Source: Emcibacteraceae bacterium (GTDB lineage: Bacteria; Pseudomonadota; Alphaproteobacteria; Sphingomonadales; Emcibacteraceae). Taken from it: 64,000 bases of DNA. Of the stretch, positions 57,700 to 64,000 are shown piece by piece. Numbering within the stretch: the first letter of the stretch is position 1; each line of letters starts with the position of its first letter. Made by a program: the position numbers and the translations under genes. Location: positions 9,766 to 73,765 of the forward strand of contig JANQJN010000162.1 in NCBI GenBank assembly GCA_028281625.1. The letters run 5' to 3'. The notes beneath the pieces are model-generated. The model was not told where the DNA came from, searched no databases, and saw only the letters and a list, made by a program, of their open reading frames with translations.

Positions 57700-60483
57700 A
57701 TGATTGATAAAATATATCAAACGTTGAAAACAATTTTATTCATATCAATAACGCTTCCGCTTTTTGGTACATCGACATTTGCTCAAGGGCTGGATCAAAC
57801 AATATTTGATCAAATTCAGCGGAGGACTGGTTCCACTACAAATGCAACGGTTGTGCGCTCGCCACTGGACCAGGCACGTGAACAAGCCTATATGGAAGAA
57901 CTTCAACTGCAATTAGAAAAACGCCGCGAGGAAGGGCCTTCAATAATTGAAAACGATTATAATGCTCGCAGAAATAGCCTGAATTCAGAAGAAGAATTGA
58001 TACTTGAGCAGTTTGGTTACTCCATATTTGATCGCCTTCCTGTCATGGATCAACTTTCAACTGGCAGGGTGCCCGATAGTTATCGTTTGGGAGTTGGGGA
58101 CCAGCTTATCGTCAGCTTCAAAGGTTCGCGGGAAGAAGTGGTTTCGGTCAAAGTGGATCGTGAAGGAAGGTTAATTGTACCTGCGCTTGAACCCTTTAAT
58201 GCTTCTGGATTAACACTTTTTGAGCTCACTGAGGAGTTGAGCCGTAGGGTCAGCGAAAGCCTAATCGGTACAGATGTATTTGTTTCACTTGCTACTTTGC
58301 GAAATATTTCCGTTTTGGTCGCTGGTGAAGTTGAAAACCCTACTGTCGTTCGCACCACTAGCTTAGCAACCCCCATTGAAGTTTTGTTGCATGTGGGGGG
58401 AGTTAAAAAGACTGGCTCGCTACGCAACATAATATTGCAACGGGGTAATGAAACCATTTCCGTTGATCTTTACAATGTAATTGAAGGATCCACAGGTGAA
58501 ATAATAACTTTAGAGGACGGTGATAGACTGGTTGTCCCCACACTGGGCGCGACAATAGCGGTGGATGGAAGTGTCATCCGACCGGGTATTTATGAGCTTG
58601 CGGGAGGGCAAGAAGAAATTGGTGCTGCTGAAGCCTTAGAGCTAGCAGGTGGGGCGATAAGGAAGCAAGGGAACTCCATAACGCATATGCGCTTTGACAA
58701 TACCGGTAGAACAAATATCGAGCGATTAGACGTCGGAAAAACTATTTCAAGTGGTGAAATTGTTCTTGTGAATCTTATGGAGAATTCTCAGGTTGGGCGT
58801 GTTTCACTAACTGGGCATGTTAAAACACCTGGTGTTAGGGCGGTTTCCGTATATTCCAGTGTAAAAGATTTAATCGGTTCAGTTAAGAATTTGACCGATA
58901 ATCCCTATCTTTTATTTGGTGTTATAGAAAGAACCGATCCACAAACGCAGACGAGGCAACTGATCCCGTTTAGTCCGCAAAAAGTATTGTTCGGTGATGA
59001 AAATGTTGAACTGCAGGATGATGACAAAGTTGTTATCTTTGGTCGCGATGATGTTGAATTTTTAAAATCGGATGTCATTAGACAGGCAATATTCACAAGC
59101 GACTATTTGGAAGAGGAATTTTTGCCAAATGGTGAACGAAACAACGCATATTGTGCTCCGGTTAAAAAACTAGCACGCATTATATCGGATACTCAATCAG
59201 ACCGTTTTGCGACCGCGATTAGAGCTGTTTTTGTTAGAAGAGAAAGTACTGAGGAACAACAGGCTGACAGGGAATTGATGCTTGACGAAACGGAACTTCT
59301 GGTCCTCGAAGAACAGCGCAGACAGGCCTTACTTGGAATTACAGCGACGCCAACTGATCAAGCCATAATGGAACTTGAGCAAGAAAATGAGGAAGATGGC
59401 GAAGAAGAAAATAACTTCGAAATGTGCCCGGCAATTTATCAGGATGTGGATAATCTTCTGTCTTTCACGCTTGAGCATATAGTATCTGTTGATGGTGCAG
59501 TTCGATTGCCGGGTGTGTTTCCAATTGCCAATCAAACGGAAGTCGACTTGTTACTCGCTGTATCTGGAGGTACGTCTAACGATGCAAATATGGGGAGAAT
59601 TGAAATTACAAGCTATCGCGAAGAAGCGGTAGACGGCAACCTGGTTATGAACTGGGAATATGTAGATGCCACAGTTTCAGATTTAAATGCCGTAACGGTG
59701 AGTGCGGGTGGTGGTGTGCGCGTGAGCAGCGTCTACACAAATTTTGAGGCCGGAGCAGTGTTGCTTTCCGGCGAATTTGTGCAGCCGGGTGTTTATACCA
59801 TTAGAAAAGGTGAAAAATTGTCTTCATTAATTGCCAGGGCTGGAGGGATAACAGACCAAGCTTATCCATATGGTGCAATATTTACCCGAGACCGTGTTAA
59901 GCAAATTCAGCGGCAGGAAATGCAGCAGACTGCGCAGAGATTGCAATCGGCTATGGTTTCTGCATCTGTTAAAAAGAACATCGAAGCGAATGGCGCTATT
60001 GCGCTGCAACGAATGATTAATGGTATGGCTGATCAGGATTTTGTTGGCCGCGTGGTCATTGAATCTGATCCTGTTGTGCTCGACCTTGATCCCAGTAAAG
60101 ACCTAGTTCTAGAAGCTGGTGATAGCTTGTTTATGCCAAAGCGACCAAATTTCATCGTAACAGTTGGTGATGTTCTTAATCCAAGTGCTCTGCAATTTGT
60201 ACCCGGCAAGGGCGTGAGCAGCTACTTGGAAGAAGTGGGCGGATTTACGCGCGCTGCTGATGAAGATCGGGTGTTTGTTGTTTACCCCAATGGAGTAGCA
60301 CGCCCGATTAGTCTCGCTTCGTGGGGAGGCGATAGCAATTTGAGTATTCCACCAGGTTCGGCGATTGTTGTCCCAACTGATTTAAGTCCATATGACAATC
60401 TTACGTTGGTTAGAGAAATTGGCGATATCTTCAGAAATCTTGCCGTATCTGCAGCGTCGATCGCTGTACTCGTAAGAAATTAA
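57700..60483 (+). CDS. very large outer-membrane polysaccharide export (OPX/Wza-like) protein with about six SLBB-like repeats
   Basis: The start is taken at MIDKIYQTLKTILFISITLPLFGTSTFA, although the ORF is open from 57595. The Poly_export motif is YRLGVGDQLIVSF. Repeated units follow the pattern V.V.G.V..PG.Y......L..L...AGG. The C-terminal helix is amphipathic (IGDIFRNLAVSAASIAVLV). Confidence 0.8.
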   Translation: MIDKIYQTLKTILFISITLPLFGTSTFAQGLDQTIFDQIQRRTGSTTNATVVRSPLDQAREQAYMEELQLQLEKRREEGPSIIENDYNARRNSLNSEEELILEQFGYSIFDRLPVMDQLSTGRVPDSYRLGVGDQLIVSFKGSREEVVSVKVDREGRLIVPALEPFNASGLTLFELTEELSRRVSESLIGTDVFVSLATLRNISVLVAGEVENPTVVRTTSLATPIEVLLHVGGVKKTGSLRNIILQRGNETISVDLYNVIEGSTGEIITLEDGDRLVVPTLGATIAVDGSVIRPGIYELAGGQEEIGAAEALELAGGAIRKQGNSITHMRFDNTGRTNIERLDVGKTISSGEIVLVNLMENSQVGRVSLTGHVKTPGVRAVSVYSSVKDLIGSVKNLTDNPYLLFGVIERTDPQTQTRQLIPFSPQKVLFGDENVELQDDDKVVIFGRDDVEFLKSDVIRQAIFTSDYLEEEFLPNGERNNAYCAPVKKLARIISDTQSDRFATAIRAVFVRRESTEEQQADRELMLDETELLVLEEQRRQALLGITATPTDQAIMELEQENEEDGEEENNFEMCPAIYQDVDNLLSFTLEHIVSVDGAVRLPGVFPIANQTEVDLLLAVSGGTSNDANMGRIEITSYREEAVDGNLVMNWEYVDATVSDLNAVTVSAGGGVRVSSVYTNFEAGAVLLSGEFVQPGVYTIRKGEKLSSLIARAGGITDQAYPYGAIFTRDRVKQIQRQEMQQTAQRLQSAMVSASVKKNIEANGAIALQRMINGMADQDFVGRVVIESDPVVLDLDPSKDLVLEAGDSLFMPKRPNFIVTVGDVLNPSALQFVPGKGVSSYLEEVGGFTRAADEDRVFVVYPNGVARPISLASWGGDSNLSIPPGSAIVVPTDLSPYDNLTLVREIGDIFRNLAVSAASIAVLVRN

Positions 60484-60517
60484 GGGAATAAAAGGGGTCG
60501 CCGCTGGGCGTATTGAT

Positions 60518-62935
60518 ATGAGCTATTTCAAATACGCCCTTTGTCCTCTTTTTTTATTTTCACCACAAATTGTAAAAGCACAACAACTAACTTTTGATAC
60601 CAATCGTGACGAGGGCAGTATTGGTGCTTTCGGTGGTGTTGGCTTACTGGAAATGAGGAATGCAAGATTTTCTGAGGATGGCCAGTTAACATTGGGAATT
60701 GGCCATCAGGATGGTACTCAAAATTATTATTCGACATGGCAAGCGACACCTTGGCTTGAAACCACACTTCGGTTTAGCGATCACAGCAGCGATATTGACG
60801 GCGTAGACAAAGCAATTGATGTAAAGTTGAGACTGTTTGAGGAATCAAAATACAGGCCTGCCGTTGCGATCGGTTTGCAAGATTTGCTTGGAGATGGAAA
60901 TTTTAGTGGCGAATATATTGTTGCGAGCAAAAAGATCTCTGTATTCGATGTGTCCATGGGGTTTGGTTTTGGGCGGCTCGCTGAGCGCTCCAAGCTATAT
61001 AATATTTCGCGTATTTTTGGAGAGTCGTTTCGCCATCGAAATTTTGATGACCCTGGATCTGAAAAGTTGAGGTTTAAGGATTACTTTTCGGGCGAGAAAA
61101 TGGGTTTCTTCTGGGGGTTAGAATACAACACCCCTATAGAAGGTCTTACAGCAAAAGTCGAATATTCTACCTTTGATAAGTCTCAGATCGAAAAATTTAG
61201 TGATTACAGGAGTAAAACCGCTTTTAATGTTGGCGTAAATTTCAAGGCCAATAAATGGCTTGAGGTTGGCGCTGGCTTATACCATGGTAATCAAGTTGGT
61301 ATCCATTTAACGGCTAAACAAAATTTACATCGACCGAAAAAGTTTGATCTTGCTAATGTTCCAGAAGTAGATGCAATAAGAGTACGAGAGCTTAAAAACA
61401 GGGCAACTTCTACCAATGACTATAAAGATACTGCTGATCCGGATGTCATCTTTGATAGACTGGAACGAATGGGCTATCGGGTAATTGAAATGTCCTTCAT
61501 TGAAGGGCATGTTGAAATTGCCTTAGAAAATAATAATACAAATTCTACAGATAAAATGATCGCGCTCGGAGCAATACTTCAGAGTTATAACGCGGTAACA
61601 CTTTCGGTTGAAAGCGAGGTTGTTAGGGCCTCCAGGGACGAAGCACTTGGTCAACAGGCGCTAGCCATGTACCGGCATACTAGCTATTTTGCCCAAGAAA
61701 AAAATGCTAACGAAATGAGCGGCGAACAAAGGGCAATGATCGAGCGTAAAATATTCGATATGCTTAAAAATAAAAAACTAAGTCCGTCCGCGGTTAATGT
61801 GTTTGAAGATGAAGTTATGATCGAAAAGAACGTTGGCCCCTTTATTGATATAAGTAAAAATGTAGGACGAGCTTCTCGAATACTTACCAACCATGCACCA
61901 GATTCAGTGGAAAGGTTTAAGTTTATTTCCAAAGAGCGCGGCATTCCAGTTTCGCAAGTTTCAGTGCTCAGAAAAGATTTTGAGAAAGTCGCTGACTTCA
62001 ATAGCAGTCCGGAAGAAATTCTGGCAAATGCTGAAATTGAGGACCCAACCATGAAACTGGATGATGACGGAAGGTATGAAGAATTTCCAAACTTTGAGTT
62101 TGGTATTTTGCCTGAAGTTCAAACACATTTTGGATCCGATAAAAACGATCATTTTAAAGCGGATTTAAATGTGAAATTCTATGGTCGAGCCAATATCACG
62201 GAAAATGTGCAAATCAACACTGAAATAAAGCAACATATAGTCGGAGACATAGATACAATTACTCCGTCGACCAATCCTGATGTTGCTCATGTTCGCAGCG
62301 ACGTCGGACTTTATGCCGCGGAGGGAACAACAAGTATTCAAAGATTGAGCGTTGAACATATCGCAAATCCAGCGAAAGGAGTGTACACCCGCATGACCGC
62401 TGGGCATTTGGAAAGCATGTATTCGGGCGTCAGCGGAGAAGTATTGTACCATCCATATAGCGGTGCACTGGCGGCGGGAATAGATGTTAGCCTTGTTAAG
62501 CAGAGGGATTATGACCAACTTTTCAGCATGCGCGATTATGAGACGGTAACGGGGCATGTAAATCTTTATTACGTAAATGAAAAATATGATATTACTACAA
62601 AGATAAGTTTCGGTCGCTACCTGGCCAAAGATTGGGGGTCGACATTCGATATATCCCGTCAGTTTAACAATGGTATTCGTATTGGCGCGTGGGCGACCTA
62701 TACGGACATGTCAGATAGTGATTTTGGTCAAGGTAATTTTGATAAGGGTCTTTATGTATCGGTTCCTTTCGATTTCTTCTGGTATCGTCAGTCCCGTGAA
62801 AAAGCCAGAGTGAGACTAAAAAGGCTTGGCAAAAACGGCGGTCAAAAGATTGAACATGCTACAAATCTGTTTGATATACTTGCTGCAAGCCGACCTTATA
62901 AAATTCGTCGTACATGGAATGCTATTCTTGATTAA
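60518..62935 (+). CDS. YjbH/GfcD-family outer-membrane beta-barrel protein (group-4-capsule-type exopolysaccharide export)
   Basis: 805 aa. FGGVGLLEMRNARF...TPWLETTLRFSD...KLRLFEES...PAVAIGLQDLLG...EYIVASK is collinear with E. coli YjbH as recalled. Confidence 0.85.
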   Translation: MSYFKYALCPLFLFSPQIVKAQQLTFDTNRDEGSIGAFGGVGLLEMRNARFSEDGQLTLGIGHQDGTQNYYSTWQATPWLETTLRFSDHSSDIDGVDKAIDVKLRLFEESKYRPAVAIGLQDLLGDGNFSGEYIVASKKISVFDVSMGFGFGRLAERSKLYNISRIFGESFRHRNFDDPGSEKLRFKDYFSGEKMGFFWGLEYNTPIEGLTAKVEYSTFDKSQIEKFSDYRSKTAFNVGVNFKANKWLEVGAGLYHGNQVGIHLTAKQNLHRPKKFDLANVPEVDAIRVRELKNRATSTNDYKDTADPDVIFDRLERMGYRVIEMSFIEGHVEIALENNNTNSTDKMIALGAILQSYNAVTLSVESEVVRASRDEALGQQALAMYRHTSYFAQEKNANEMSGEQRAMIERKIFDMLKNKKLSPSAVNVFEDEVMIEKNVGPFIDISKNVGRASRILTNHAPDSVERFKFISKERGIPVSQVSVLRKDFEKVADFNSSPEEILANAEIEDPTMKLDDDGRYEEFPNFEFGILPEVQTHFGSDKNDHFKADLNVKFYGRANITENVQINTEIKQHIVGDIDTITPSTNPDVAHVRSDVGLYAAEGTTSIQRLSVEHIANPAKGVYTRMTAGHLESMYSGVSGEVLYHPYSGALAAGIDVSLVKQRDYDQLFSMRDYETVTGHVNLYYVNEKYDITTKISFGRYLAKDWGSTFDISRQFNNGIRIGAWATYTDMSDSDFGQGNFDKGLYVSVPFDFFWYRQSREKARVRLKRLGKNGGQKIEHATNLFDILAASRPYKIRRTWNAILD

Positions 62936-63040
62936 ATGAAGTTTTGATTAAATGCCTAAATCTTATGTATTTTTTAACATTTTGGGGCTAGGGTAGCGAA
63001 AAATAAAACCAAAATTACAATAAAAGCGGAATAATTATAA

Positions 63041-64000
63041 ATGTCAGCTCTTTCACTAACTTCTGAAACACCAATCGTTGTCGTAGGCTTAGGATACGTT
63101 GGTCTGCCACTCGCTGTCGCGCTTGCGAAGAAATTCAACGTGGTTGGATTTGATATTAGCGAACAACGAATTGCGGAACTTAAAGATGGTTTCGACCGAA
63201 CGGAAGAAATTGAACGTGAACGTTTAGAGGCGAGTTCACTTGCGGTTACCAGTTCCGTTGAAGAAATTCGTGATGCGGGTGTTTACATTGTAACCGTTCC
63301 AACCCCAGTGGATGAAAATAACAAGCCAGATTTGTTCCCTGTTCGCGCATCATGTGAAACGTTAGGACCAATTATTGGGAAAAACAGTATCATTGTTTTT
63401 GAAAGTACTGTTTATCCTGGTGTTACAGAGGAACTCTGTGGACCAATTTTGGAAGAAAAATCTGGACTTGTTTGTGGCGAAGATTTTTATCTTGGTTATT
63501 CACCGGAGCGGATCAATCCGGGTGACAAAGTCCACACTGTCGATAAAATCACAAAGGTGATTTCCGGTCAAACACCGGAAGTTGTTGATATTCTTGAAGA
63601 GCTTTACTGCGCAGTAACAAGCGGTGGGGTGTTCAAGGCATCCAGTATACGAGTTGCGGAAGCCGCAAAAGTAATTGAGAATGCTCAGCGCGATATCAAT
63701 ATCGGATTTGTTAACGAAATTACTATGATCTTCCAGAAGCTCGGTATTTCAGTGTATGACGTCTTAGAGGCTGCCGGAACAAAATGGAATTTCCTTAATT
63801 TTACACCAGGACTTGTTGGCGGTCACTGTATTGGTGTAGACCCTTATTATCTGGCGGAACGTGCCAAGCAAATTAATCATGACCCGCGCATTATTCTTTC
63901 CGGGCGCGCTATTAATGATGGTATGGCCGATTTTGTCGCCGAGCGCATTGGGGCTCAGCTTTCAGGTGCTGGTAAAATTTTGGTTCTGGGTCTAACGTTT
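63041..64000 (+). CDS. nucleotide-sugar dehydrogenase (TviB/WbpO/UDP-N-acetyl-hexosamine dehydrogenase-like), 3'-truncated by the window edge
   Basis: Hand translation from ATG 63041 gives MSALSLTSETPIVVVGLGYVGLPLAVALAKKFNVVGFDI...YSPERINPGD...GLVGGHCIGVDPYY... The frame stays open to base 64000. Absent from the ORF track. Confidence 0.88.
   Translation, partial: MSALSLTSETPIVVVGLGYVGLPLAVALAKKFNVVGFDISEQRIAELKDGFDRTEEIERERLEASSLAVTSSVEEIRDAGVYIVTVPTPVDENNKPDLFPVRASCETLGPIIGKNSIIVFESTVYPGVTEELCGPILEEKSGLVCGEDFYLGYSPERINPGDKVHTVDKITKVISGQTPEVVDILEELYCAVTSGGVFKASSIRVAEAAKVIENAQRDINIGFVNEITMIFQKLGISVYDVLEAAGTKWNFLNFTPGLVGGHCIGVDPYYLAERAKQINHDPRIILSGRAINDGMADFVAERIGAQLSGAGKILVLGLTF

Noticed and set aside
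63375-63560. 61-aa ORF from the track at 63375-63560.
   Set aside because: It lies out of frame inside the clearly recognisable nucleotide-sugar dehydrogenase CDS (63041 onward). The track omits that CDS because it has no stop within the window.

Overview
This is a gene-dense chromosomal segment of about 70 CDS on both strands, mostly core genome, from an alphaproteobacterium. The lineage call rests on GapR/DUF2312, DUF1244, DUF1192, RcdA/DUF1465, a CcrM-type GANTC methyltransferase, Cys-free L31 and L36, and TPR-ispE synteny occurring together. By eye the composition leans moderately AT. Visibly AT-richer patches lie at about 16.5-17.3 kb, 21.6-24.3 kb, 42.7-45.5 kb and 47.9-49.6 kb. I found no rRNA, tRNA, CRISPR array, transposase, integrase or phage genes. 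Recognisable housekeeping genes are pyk, rpmJ, rpmE, efp, suhB, rnhB, ccrM, moaB, ispE, ETF-QO, a lytic transglycosylase, a family-4 UDG and an Hsp20. Several items are absent from the supplied ORF track and were read directly from the sequence. These are rpmJ (41 aa), a 29-aa 8-Cys metallothionein-like micro-ORF behind an ArsR regulator, partial CDSs at both window edges, a ykkC-like riboswitch candidate, a ROSE-like RNA thermometer hairpin, a cluster of four GANTC sites in front of ccrM, and an 11-bp-phased repeat containing a CtrA-type TTAA-N7-TTAA box. The best candidates for undescribed biology are: (1) the ArsR plus micro-metallothionein plus CDF locus; (2) an orphan ExbB/MotA-like plus MotB/OmpA-like stator pair in which both partners carry long coiled coils; (3) a four-gene operon with a Tat-exported PLP enzyme of the ACC-deaminase/D-Cys desulfhydrase family; and (4) a possible TonB-dependent peptidoglycan-scavenging neighbourhood. 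I do not see a convincing defence-island-type multi-gene system. All functional calls come from motif recognition by eye, not database searches.
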